64,000 nt of DNA, from contig JACRCW010000038.1 of NCBI GenBank assembly GCA_016218805.1, forward strand, positions 24,915-88,914, given 5' to 3'. This document shows positions 44,745-53,089 of this stretch, piece after piece. Both the position numbers and the translations under genes were made by a program. Numbering within the stretch: the first letter of the stretch is position 1; each line of letters opens with the position of its first letter. Below the pieces are notes generated by a model. It ran no database searches. It was not told the DNA's origin and worked only from the letters and a program-made list of their open reading frames with translations. This DNA is from Deltaproteobacteria bacterium (lineage in GTDB: Bacteria > Myxococcota > JACRCW01).

Positions 44745-46118
44745 TCATTTCCGTGGCACCTGCGGTCCGTCTGCCGACAACGTGGCGGCACGGGCAGTCA
44801 GGGTCCTGGCAAGCGCCAGGTCCAGCAGCGCGCGTCCTTCGGCCGCGGGGGCCGCAGCGGTGGCAACGGGCGGAGCGGCGGGCGGGGCCAGCAGCGCCTG
44901 GTCCAGGGCCGGCCAGGGCGCCCGGCGGGTGACCCGCGCGCCCAGTTCTTCCTCGGCCCAGTCTCGCACCGAACGGGCGCGCACCCGGTCGCCGTCAGCC
45001 AGGAAGAGTTCCACGACACGGGCCAGGTGTGGCGCCAGGGCTTGCCGGGGCACGGAGGCGGTGTGGTGCGCGAGCAGCGTCGCTCCCAGCGCGGGCACCC
45101 CCAGGGACGCCAGCCGCTCTGCCGCAGCGCGCGCCGCGTCCAACGCCAGCGGGGAGGGTTCCTCCAGCGCCACCAATGCCAGGTACGCTTCCAGCGCGGC
45201 CACCTGCCGGGGTTTGTCCGTGCCGGCGGTTCCCGCCAGGCCCCGCGCCAGGATGGCGTGGCAGGCGCTCCAGCTGCCTGCACACGGCCGCGCAGCCACC
45301 TCACTCCGGGCCGCCAGGTACAACGCCCCGTCCTCCGGGCGGGCGGACAGCAGGGCGCGCGCGCGCGCGATGCGCAACGCCAGCAGGGGCTGAATTTCCG
45401 GGGGGGCGCTCACCAGCGACGGCGGCACTCCGCCGACGACGGGAGCGCACTCGCCGCCCAGCTCGCACCGGGCCACGCGCACCAATGCCAGCCAGCGCCC
45501 GGTGCCAAACGCACGCTGGTACCACAGCAGCGCCTTGCCTGGTTCGCCCGCCTCCTCCGCCAGCGACCCCAGCAGCACCGCCGCTTCCGCGGCGTCCGGC
45601 CCGTCCACGCGCGCCAGCGCCCGCGCGGCATCCGACACGCGGCCGGCGTTGAGCGCACACGCGGCGCCCGCCAGCGCGGATGACCCGCCACAGCGGGCGC
45701 CGGTGACCAGTGCCGACCATAGCGACGGCAGGCGCCAGTGCAGGAGGTCCCGTGGGACGCCCCGGAGCGCCTGGATGTCCAGGTAGGTGCGGCCGCGGCG
45801 CCGGGTCAGTGCCACGTGCAACCGGTTGTGCACGCAGTGCAGCACCGCGGCCCCCCCGGACACCTCCGCGCGGGGACACAACGCGGACCGCGCGCGCACC
45901 GCGGCCACCACGCGGCCGGACGCGCCCGCCGCGTGGACCGTGACGGTGGAGGTGATGGCATCCACCGCCACGGGAACCGTAGGCGCCACGTCCACCGCGA
46001 GCGCCTCCAGGTGTTCCACGGACGTCAGCAGCGCGTTGCGCTGCACGCGGTGGCCTGGTGGCCACGGCAGCGCGGCCGCGCCTGCCACCACCAGCAGCGC
46101 CAACGCCGAGGTGATCAT
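44745..46118 (-). CDS. Hypothetical secreted protein (signal peptide, beta-rich N-domain, Ala/Leu-rich helical-repeat C-domain)
   Basis: 457-aa ORF. ATGA overlap with the upstream sigma-54 activator; ends 91 nt before flgB. N-terminus [17 protein letters not shown]. Multiple Cys residues and a TPR-like segment (AAVLLGSLAEEAGEPGKALLWYQRAF). I recognise no family. Confidence 0.6.
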   Translation of the reverse strand: MITSALALLVVAGAAALPWPPGHRVQRNALLTSVEHLEALAVDVAPTVPVAVDAITSTVTVHAAGASGRVVAAVRARSALCPRAEVSGGAAVLHCVHNRLHVALTRRRGRTYLDIQALRGVPRDLLHWRLPSLWSALVTGARCGGSSALAGAACALNAGRVSDAARALARVDGPDAAEAAVLLGSLAEEAGEPGKALLWYQRAFGTGRWLALVRVARCELGGECAPVVGGVPPSLVSAPPEIQPLLALRIARARALLSARPEDGALYLAARSEVAARPCAGSWSACHAILARGLAGTAGTDKPRQVAALEAYLALVALEEPSPLALDAARAAAERLASLGVPALGATLLAHHTASVPRQALAPHLARVVELFLADGDRVRARSVRDWAEEELGARVTRRAPWPALDQALLAPPAAPPVATAAAPAAEGRALLDLALARTLTARAATLSADGPQVPRK

Positions 46119-47263
46119 GCCGCGTGCGGCGCCGCGCCCGGAAGCATGGGCTCCGCCTCTTCCTCGCCGCCACGGCGCGCCGGCGCACCCGCCGCGCGTT
46201 CACGTCGGCGCAGCTTCTCCACCAGCGTGGTGCGCTGCAAGCCCAGCATGTGGGCGGCCAGGCGCTTGTTGCCGTGGCTTGCGGACAACGCGGCGTCCAC
46301 CATCACCGTCTCAAACCACTCCAGCAGCTCCGGCATCCGGCGCGGCAGACCGTGGCGCTCCAGGACGCCGCTCAGCGCGCCGCGGAACTCGCCCAGGGCT
46401 TCCTCACCGGAGCCGGCCAGCGGCATGGTCGGCGGGACGGGCACTGCCGGGGTCAGCGTGGCCGGCACCGGGGTGACGGACAGCACGCCGCGCAGCTGCG
46501 GAAACTGCGCCAGGTCCGCCAGCGTCACCGTCCCGGACTCCACAATCACGCTCATGCGCTCGACCAGGTTCTCCATCTCGCGCACGTTGCCCGGCCAGCT
46601 GTAGCGGCACAGCGCCTCCACCACGGCCGCGTCCACCGGGCGGTCCTGGCCGCGCTCCGCCCAGAAGGTCTGGAACAGCAGCGGCACGTCCATGGGGCGC
46701 GCGCGCAGCGGAGGCAGCTCCACCGGGCACACGAACAGCCGGTAGTACAGGTCACGGCGGAAGCGGCCGGCGGCGGCGTCCGCCTCCAGGTCCCGGTGCG
46801 TGGCGGCGATGACCCGCACGTTGGTGGCCACGCTCTCCACGCTGCCCACCGGTTCGTACGCGCGCTCCTGCAGCACGCGCAGCAGCTTCACCTGCATGGC
46901 CAGCGGCAGTTCGCCCACCTCGTCCAGGAACAGCGTGCCGCCCTCCGCCGCCGCAAACCGCCCCTTGCGGTTGCGCGTGGCGCCGGTGAACGCGCCGCGC
47001 TCGTAGCCAAAGAACTCGCTCTCCAGCAGTGTCTCCGGGATGGCGCCGCAGTTGACCGGGACAAACGGGCCGGACGCGCGCGAACTGTGCTCGTGGAGGA
47101 ACCGCGCAAAGACCTCCTTGCCCGTGCCCGTCTCGCCGGTGAGCAGCACGGTGGAGTCGCTGCGGGCCACGCGCGCGCAGATGTGCAGCAGCGCGGCCAC
47201 GGGGGAGGACTCAGCGTGGATGATGCGCGGGGCGCGGAAATGCGTCCGGGGGAGGTTCTCCAT
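46115..47263 (-). CDS. Sigma-54-dependent transcriptional activator lacking a receiver/sensor domain
   Basis: 382 aa that starts directly in the AAA+ core: [24 protein letters not shown] loop (ERGAFTGA), [20 protein letters not shown]-terminal Fis-type HTH ([20 protein letters not shown]). Confidence 0.9.
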   Translation of the reverse strand: MENLPRTHFRAPRIIHAESSPVAALLHICARVARSDSTVLLTGETGTGKEVFARFLHEHSSRASGPFVPVNCGAIPETLLESEFFGYERGAFTGATRNRKGRFAAAEGGTLFLDEVGELPLAMQVKLLRVLQERAYEPVGSVESVATNVRVIAATHRDLEADAAAGRFRRDLYYRLFVCPVELPPLRARPMDVPLLFQTFWAERGQDRPVDAAVVEALCRYSWPGNVREMENLVERMSVIVESGTVTLADLAQFPQLRGVLSVTPVPATLTPAVPVPPTMPLAGSGEEALGEFRGALSGVLERHGLPRRMPELLEWFETVMVDAALSASHGNKRLAAHMLGLQRTTLVEKLRRRERAAGAPARRGGEEEAEPMLPGAAPHAA

Positions 47264-47268
47264 GGGGG

Positions 47269-48369
47269 CTACTCCTGGACACCGGCAAGGGTCAGTGACC
47301 GGCGGAAATCTGTGGGAGACGCAGCGTGCAGCGCGGCGTGGTCCGCGGCCACCAGGCCCTCCCGGACGAGCGCCATCAGCGACTGGTCAAACGTGTGCAT
47401 GAGCTGCTCGTTGGACTTCTCCAGCACTTGCGGGATGCCGGAGACCTTCTGCGGGTCCCGGATGGCTTCCTTGATGCGGTAGTTGTTCACCAGCACTTCC
47501 GTGGCCAGCACACGCTGGCGCAGGCCCCGGCGCTGCAGCAGCAGCTGGCTGATGGAACCGCGCAGGCAGTCCGCCAGGCGCGCGCGCACCGCCGGCTGCT
47601 CCACGGGAGCGTGCATGCCAATGATCCGCTGCACCGTCTTGAGCGCGCTGCCTGTGTGGAACGTGGAGAACACGGCGTGGCCGCTCTCCGCCGCGTGCAT
47701 CACCACCTCCAGCGTCTCCGTGTCCCGGATCTCGCCAATGAACATCACGTCCGGGTCCTCGCGCAGCGCCGCCTGCAGCCCCTCGCGGAAGGTGGGCACG
47801 TCCCGGCCCAGCTCGCGCTGGGTGACGCAGGACCGTGTGCCCTGGAAGCGGTATTCGACGGGGTCCTCCAGCGTGAGGATGTGCAACGTCTCCTGGGCCG
47901 CCATGTGGTGCAGCATGGACGCCAGCGTTGTGGACTTGCCGCTGCCGGTGGCCCCCGTCACCAACACCAGGCCGGGTTCCGCCGTGGCCAGCGCCTTGAC
48001 CACCGGCGGCAACCGCAGTTCCTGGAACGCAGGCACGCGGAACGGGATGGCCCGCAGGCACACGCCCAGCTGCGCGCGCTCGCGGAACGCGTGCACGCGG
48101 AAGCGCGCGGTGTTGGCCTGCTCATAGGAATACTCAAAGCTGGAGGCGCCCGCAGGGACGGGCGTGTCACCCACGGTGAGGCGGATGACCTCCTGCACGG
48201 TGGCCGCGCTGAGCGGTGGGCACTCCAGCCGGATCAGCTGGCCGCCGGCACGCATGAACGGCGGCGCGCCCGTGCGCAGGTGCAGGTCCGACCCGCCGTG
48301 CGTCACCACCGCGGTGACCAGCTGGTTGAGCAGGTCCACGGAGGTGCTGATGGGGATGGCCACGCTCAT
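47269..48369 (-). CDS. PilT-family (type IV pilus retraction-type) hexameric ATPase
   Basis: 366 aa. Walker A GATGSGKST, Asp box/Walker B DPDVMFIGEIRD, His box GHAVFSTFHT, and a C-terminal NNYRIKEAIRD PilT-like motif. The stop lies 5 nt before the activator ATG. Confidence 0.85.
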   Translation of the reverse strand: MSVAIPISTSVDLLNQLVTAVVTHGGSDLHLRTGAPPFMRAGGQLIRLECPPLSAATVQEVIRLTVGDTPVPAGASSFEYSYEQANTARFRVHAFRERAQLGVCLRAIPFRVPAFQELRLPPVVKALATAEPGLVLVTGATGSGKSTTLASMLHHMAAQETLHILTLEDPVEYRFQGTRSCVTQRELGRDVPTFREGLQAALREDPDVMFIGEIRDTETLEVVMHAAESGHAVFSTFHTGSALKTVQRIIGMHAPVEQPAVRARLADCLRGSISQLLLQRRGLRQRVLATEVLVNNYRIKEAIRDPQKVSGIPQVLEKSNEQLMHTFDQSLMALVREGLVAADHAALHAASPTDFRRSLTLAGVQE

Positions 48370-48419
48370 GGCATCCGGTTCGGCACGTGCGTCACGTTCC
48401 TGAAGGGCGGATCCGGCTG

Positions 48420-49541
48420 TCACCCCGCCAGGCGCGTGACGACCCGCACCTGCTGTCCGGCGGGCACTCCGTATCCCACCAGGCGGTCCACCAGGCCCGG
48501 TGTCACCTCGTGCCCGCGGGCCACCAGCAACACCCCGCTGGGGCCGCGGATGTCCTCCACCAGCGCCATCCCCGGGCGCAGCTCCACCAGCCGCACCTCC
48601 AGCACACGCTCCGCCGCACGCGCCCCGCCGGAATCCAGGAACGCGTCCAGCACCTTGGGATCGTACAACCCGTGGCGGTCGCGCAGCGTCGCCGCCACCG
48701 TGGCCGCGTCCAGCCCGCGCGCCTCCAGCACGTCGTAGTCCAGCGCCACCTTCAGGATGCGCGCCCCCAGGCACGGCGGTCCGGCGGGGTCCTGCAGTGA
48801 CTGCTCCATCCCCTCCAAAGCCGCCCGCACTGCCTCCATACGCGGGAGCTTCTCCAGCAGCTCCGCCGCCACGCGCGGCACGTGTGCCACCTGGCGCTGC
48901 TCGTCCACGGACAGCGGCCGGCCCAGGTAATGCCGCTCCGCCGTGGCCGGCGGCAGCGTGATGCAGCCCACCTGGGACAGCAGCGCCGCCACCTCAATGG
49001 TCCACGCGTCCGTGAGCTTCAGCCACGCTGCCGTGCGCAACGCGTGGTCCTTCATGCGCGCCGCCCGCCCAAACCCCACAGGGCTGGCCAGCGCCAGCAC
49101 GTCCGCCAGCATCTTCACTGCGCCGCGCAGCGTCTGCTCCAGCAGCACCCGCTCCGCCGTCACAAGCCGGTGCTGCTCGGCGCCCGCCAGCATGGCTGCC
49201 ACCAGCTGGTCCGGCGGGCAGGGCTTGGTGAGGAAGCGGAAGATGTTGCCCTCATTCACCGCTTTGATGGCCGCGTTCATGTCCGTGTAGCCGGTCAACA
49301 GCATCCGCACCGTGTCCGGCGCCGTCTCGCGGACGCGGGACAGCAGCGTCGCCCCGTCCATCCCGGGCATGCGCATGTCCGACAGCAGCACCGCAAAGGG
49401 CCCGTCGCGCGCCACCACCTCCAGCGCCTGCGGGCCGCTGGTAGCGCTGTGCACGTCAAAGCGGCGCCGCAGGTGCAGCGTCACGCCGTCAATAAGCGCC
49501 TGCTCGTCATCCACCAGCAGGACCCGCGGCAGCACGGTCAT
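48420..49541 (-). CDS. Response regulator: receiver + degenerate HD-GYP-like output domain
   Basis: REC: VLLVDDE...LLSDMRMPGMDG...FLTKP. The output domain aligns to HD-GYP, but AALLSQVGCITLP replaces ..HDIGK.., and I saw no HHE/GYP motif. ATGA overlap with the upstream gene. Confidence 0.7.
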   Translation of the reverse strand: MTVLPRVLLVDDEQALIDGVTLHLRRRFDVHSATSGPQALEVVARDGPFAVLLSDMRMPGMDGATLLSRVRETAPDTVRMLLTGYTDMNAAIKAVNEGNIFRFLTKPCPPDQLVAAMLAGAEQHRLVTAERVLLEQTLRGAVKMLADVLALASPVGFGRAARMKDHALRTAAWLKLTDAWTIEVAALLSQVGCITLPPATAERHYLGRPLSVDEQRQVAHVPRVAAELLEKLPRMEAVRAALEGMEQSLQDPAGPPCLGARILKVALDYDVLEARGLDAATVAATLRDRHGLYDPKVLDAFLDSGGARAAERVLEVRLVELRPGMALVEDIRGPSGVLLVARGHEVTPGLVDRLVGYGVPAGQQVRVVTRLAG

Positions 49542-50755
49542 GGCGCCACGCCTCCCAGCTCGCGCTTGGCAATGGCCAGCCACGCCTCCAGTTGTTGCTC
49601 GCCCATCCCTGCGGCCGCCAGCCACTCCGGGTCGGGACCCGGGGCGGGGTCCCCGGGGAACAGGTGCGCCGTGGCCAGCGCGGCGCCCACGTGCACCGCC
49701 TCGGCCACGCCAAACTCATCCCGCCGCAGGCGCCGCGCATCGTGGTGGAACGCCACCGCTTCGACGATGGGATACGGCAGGCCCCACAGCCCCAGCAGGT
49801 AGGCACCCTCTTCGGCATGGCTGAAACCGTGCTGGCGGACCTCCACCGCCCACGGTGGAATGCCCTCCTCCGCGGCCGTGGCGTGGATCAGGGACCAGAT
49901 GGCAGGGCGGCGCGTGGCGGCCACCAGGTCGCCAATGTCATGCAGCAGACCCGCCGTGAAGGCGTCATTGGCGGCCGCCGTCTGCGTCAACAGGCGGCGT
50001 GACACGGCGGCCGTGGCCAACGCGTGGCGCTGGAACGCGTTGGGGTCAAACCCCGCCGCCGCCTCGCCGCCGCGCATGGAGTGGAACACGTCCAGGGACA
50101 GCGCCAGGGACCGGATCATGTGGAGCCCCAGGTACGCCACCGCTTCCTGCACGGACGTGACGGGGCGGGCCAGCCCAAAGAACGCCGAGTTCACGACGTG
50201 GAGAACCCGGGCGGCCAGCGCCACGTCAGATTCCACGATCCCAGCGACGTCCCTGGCGGACACACCGGGGTCCATCAACGCCTGGGTGAGCGCCTGATAG
50301 GTCCGCGGCACCGAGGGCAGCGTGGACACCTCGCCCATGCGCTCGCGCAGCGTCTCATCCTGCAGCAGGTTCTGCAGGTCACAAGCGCGCTGCACCACCG
50401 TCTTGAGGTGCGCCGGGTTGCAGGGCTTGGAGAGGAACTGGTGCGCTATGGGCACCGCGCGGATGGCGGAGGCCATGTCCGCGTGCCCGGACAGGATGAT
50501 GCGCGCGGACCGCGGCGAGCGCGCCTGCACCGCCTTGAGCAGCGCGGACCCGTCCATGCCGGGCATGCGCATGTCGGACACCACCACGTCAAAGGCGGTG
50601 CGCTCCATCAATGCCAGCGCCGCCTCGCCCCCATCGGCAAAGTGCATCTCCCAGGCGCCCCGCTGGGACCGCAGCAGGTCCCGCAGGCCGTGCAGCACGT
50701 GCGGTTCGTCGTCCACAAACAGTACCCGCCGGCGGGTGACCAGGGGCGCGCTCAT
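49538..50755 (-). CDS. Response regulator: receiver + HDOD domain
   Basis: REC: VLFVDDE...VVSDMRMPGMDG...FLSKP. HDOD-like: LPSVPRTYQALTQALMDP..., VLHVVNSAFFGL, LLHDIGDLV. Confidence 0.8.
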   Translation of the reverse strand: MSAPLVTRRRVLFVDDEPHVLHGLRDLLRSQRGAWEMHFADGGEAALALMERTAFDVVVSDMRMPGMDGSALLKAVQARSPRSARIILSGHADMASAIRAVPIAHQFLSKPCNPAHLKTVVQRACDLQNLLQDETLRERMGEVSTLPSVPRTYQALTQALMDPGVSARDVAGIVESDVALAARVLHVVNSAFFGLARPVTSVQEAVAYLGLHMIRSLALSLDVFHSMRGGEAAAGFDPNAFQRHALATAAVSRRLLTQTAAANDAFTAGLLHDIGDLVAATRRPAIWSLIHATAAEEGIPPWAVEVRQHGFSHAEEGAYLLGLWGLPYPIVEAVAFHHDARRLRRDEFGVAEAVHVGAALATAHLFPGDPAPGPDPEWLAAAGMGEQQLEAWLAIAKRELGGVAP

Positions 50756-52350
50756 GACGGCTCCGCCCGCCCGTGCACGGGCAGGTGCACGTGGAACGTG
50801 GTCCCCTTCCCCAACTCGGAATCAAAGTGGATGCGGCCGCCATGCTTGTCCACAATGATGCTCCGCGCGATGGCCAACCCCTGGCCCGTGCCCTTGCCCA
50901 CCTCCTTGGTCGTGAAGAACGGGTCAAACACGCGGCTGCGGATGGCCTCGGGAATGCCCGTGCCGGTGTCGGCAATGCTGATGTGCACGTGGTCGCCCTC
51001 CAGGCGGCTGCGCACGGTGATGCGCCCGCGCGCGCCCGTGGCCTTCATCACGTCACCCACGGCGTGCGCCGCGTTGACCAGCAGGTTCAGGAACACCTGG
51101 TTGAGCCCGTTCACCCGGCAGATGACCGGCGGCAGCTCGCCCAGGTCCTGTTCCACGTCCGCCACGTACTTGATCTCATTCCGCGCGACGACGAGCGTTG
51201 CCTCCAAGGCGCGGTTCAGGTCCGTGCTGGTGGGCGCATCCCCGCCCGGGTGCCCGAACTCCTTCATCGCCCGGACAATGGTTGCCACGCGCTCCACGCC
51301 GTCCAGCACGCGCGTCACCGCGGCGGGCGCGCTCTCTTCAATATAGGGCACGTCCAGGGCCGCTTCGCCCTCTTTCAGCGCCGCCACCTCCGCGGGGAGG
51401 CCCTCCCGCACACGCTCGGCGAAAGCCCGGTAGCGCCCCAGCATGGCAATGAGGTCACCCAGGGCGCCGCCCAGGAAATGCGCGCTGTCACCGACAAACT
51501 GGATGGGCGTGTTGATCTCATGCGCAATGCCCGCCGCCAGCGTCCCAATGGCCACCATGCGGTCAGACTCCAGCAGCCGCGTCTCCAGCTGGCGGCGCTC
51601 CGTCAGGTCTCCCACCGTGCCCAGCACCGCCGGTCCGCCGTCAAAGAAAGACGGGATGAGCGACACTTCTGCCAGCATCACCGCACCGGTGACGCGCACC
51701 AGGCGCCACTCCTGTGACAGCGGCTCCCGCCCGTCGCCCGCGGCCGCCAACGCGGCGGCCACTGCGTCGCGCTGGTCGGGCACCACCAGGTCCAGAACCG
51801 GTCGGGTCAGCAGCTCGGCCTGGTCGGTGTAGCCCAGGGACTGCACCAGTGACGGGTTCACGTACACAAACCGGCCATCACGCTGGACCGCGATGCCAAT
51901 GGGGAGATGATCCGTCAGCGCATGGAAGCTGGCTTCCCAGGCGCGCTGTTTCTCCGCGGCGCGGCGGAACGCGCTGATGTCCCGCTGGATGGTGACCAGG
52001 TTGGTCGTCCGTCCGTCGCGCCCGCGGACCGGGGAGGTGGTGCAGCGGGCCAGGTAGGGCTCCCCGGATGCGCGCAGGCACCACATTTCGCCGTGCCACG
52101 CGCGGCCGGCCCGCAGGGTCTCGGCAATGACGGCCACATCCTTGGAGGTGGTCAGCGGGGACACCAGGGTCATGCAATCCACTCCCAGCACCTGCTCCAG
52201 GGAGAAGCCGGTGAGCCGGTACCAACTGTCATTGGCATAGACAATGTGCCCATCCGCCGTGGTGATGGTGATGGCATCATCCACGCTGTCCAGTGCCGCC
52301 GCCTTCACGGCGGGGTCACAGGCGGTCTGGCACGGCGGGACGGCATTCAT
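50752..52350 (-). CDS. Cytoplasmic PAS-PAS sensor histidine kinase
   Basis: Two PAS-like segments. H-box GIAHEINTPIQFV; N/G boxes NLLVNAAHAV, DTGTGIP and GKGTGQGLAI. No TM segment seen. Confidence 0.85.
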   Translation of the reverse strand: MNAVPPCQTACDPAVKAAALDSVDDAITITTADGHIVYANDSWYRLTGFSLEQVLGVDCMTLVSPLTTSKDVAVIAETLRAGRAWHGEMWCLRASGEPYLARCTTSPVRGRDGRTTNLVTIQRDISAFRRAAEKQRAWEASFHALTDHLPIGIAVQRDGRFVYVNPSLVQSLGYTDQAELLTRPVLDLVVPDQRDAVAAALAAAGDGREPLSQEWRLVRVTGAVMLAEVSLIPSFFDGGPAVLGTVGDLTERRQLETRLLESDRMVAIGTLAAGIAHEINTPIQFVGDSAHFLGGALGDLIAMLGRYRAFAERVREGLPAEVAALKEGEAALDVPYIEESAPAAVTRVLDGVERVATIVRAMKEFGHPGGDAPTSTDLNRALEATLVVARNEIKYVADVEQDLGELPPVICRVNGLNQVFLNLLVNAAHAVGDVMKATGARGRITVRSRLEGDHVHISIADTGTGIPEAIRSRVFDPFFTTKEVGKGTGQGLAIARSIIVDKHGGRIHFDSELGKGTTFHVHLPVHGRAEPS

Positions 52351-52676
52351 CAGTGCACCTCAAGGTCCGCGCTCCCGCCCCGCGGCGGACCATGTCTGCA
52401 CCCGGGCCATCGGCACTGCCGGCCTTCCCGGTAAGGCGCCCGGGCTGCGTGCTGCGCCCGGCGACGGGCGGCGGTGTTGCACGGAGCGGGCGTCCACAGC
52501 GTGGTGCGGTGTGGTCCATCAGGGCACGCAACGGGGCGGCTGTGACAACGGGCACCGACGGCAGCGGCCTGCTCCGCCGGGCTGGCTGGCAGGTAACGCT
52601 TGATCAGGGCGGGCGCGGACCCGCTCGCGGAACCTGGGGCCGCGCGGGGCCAACGCGCATGCATGAACCGGGCGCC

Positions 52677-53069
52677 TCACGGAACGTAGAAGATGGGCTC
52701 CCGCATGGCCACAAAGACCCCAATCGCCTCCGCGTCCCCCGCCGTCAGGCCCAGGAAACGCAAGCCAACGCCCGGCAGCAGGTCATCCGTGGACACGTCC
52801 GGTTCCCGGCGCCAGCGCACCTCTGCCTGGCAGCGGACGCGTGCGCCACCCGGCAGCGAGAAACTCAGCTCCACCGCGGTCCCCACCGCCGGCAACTGGT
52901 CAAACAGGGTCACAAACAGCCCGCCGGTAGACACGTCAAACGCAAACCCGCCGTAGAAGTTGGACTCCGAATGGAGATCCACCTCCGCGGTCAGGCGCAC
53001 GCGCGCGGCAGTGCGGCTGTCGGGCACGGCAGGGGCCACGGTCACATCAGATGGCGACGTATCCGGCAT
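52677..53069 (-). CDS. Single-domain PilZ protein (c-di-GMP receptor type)
   Basis: 130 aa. RTAAR (RxxxR) followed by DVSTGG (DxSxxG). C-terminal PGVGLRF...REPIFY. ATG follows GAGGTG. Confidence 0.75.
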   Translation of the reverse strand: MPDTSPSDVTVAPAVPDSRTAARVRLTAEVDLHSESNFYGGFAFDVSTGGLFVTLFDQLPAVGTAVELSFSLPGGARVRCQAEVRWRREPDVSTDDLLPGVGLRFLGLTAGDAEAIGVFVAMREPIFYVP

Positions 53070-53089
53070 CAAGCACCTCAGTTCCGGGC

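Noticed and set aside
48370-48774. N-terminal extensions of track ORFs. Examples are the PilT-like ORF extended to 48774, the NtrC-type ORF to 57885, the kinase ORF from 58675, the GAF kinase to 54934, flgI to 19414 and the MotE-like ORF to 39057.
   Set aside because: The extensions overlap upstream genes, are Gly/Arg/Pro-rich and have no homology-like motifs. Internal starts with SD sequences at gene junctions fit much better.
52466-52560. A + strand GGGCGGC-GGTG-TTGCA (sigma-54-like) followed by GGGCACGCAACGGGGCGGC, faintly reminiscent of a c-di-GMP-I riboswitch core, in the 326-nt gap
   Set aside because: Both flanking genes are on the - strand, so no downstream + strand gene exists to be controlled. 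The riboswitch resemblance is limited to a few bases, without the paired GNRA/receptor architecture.
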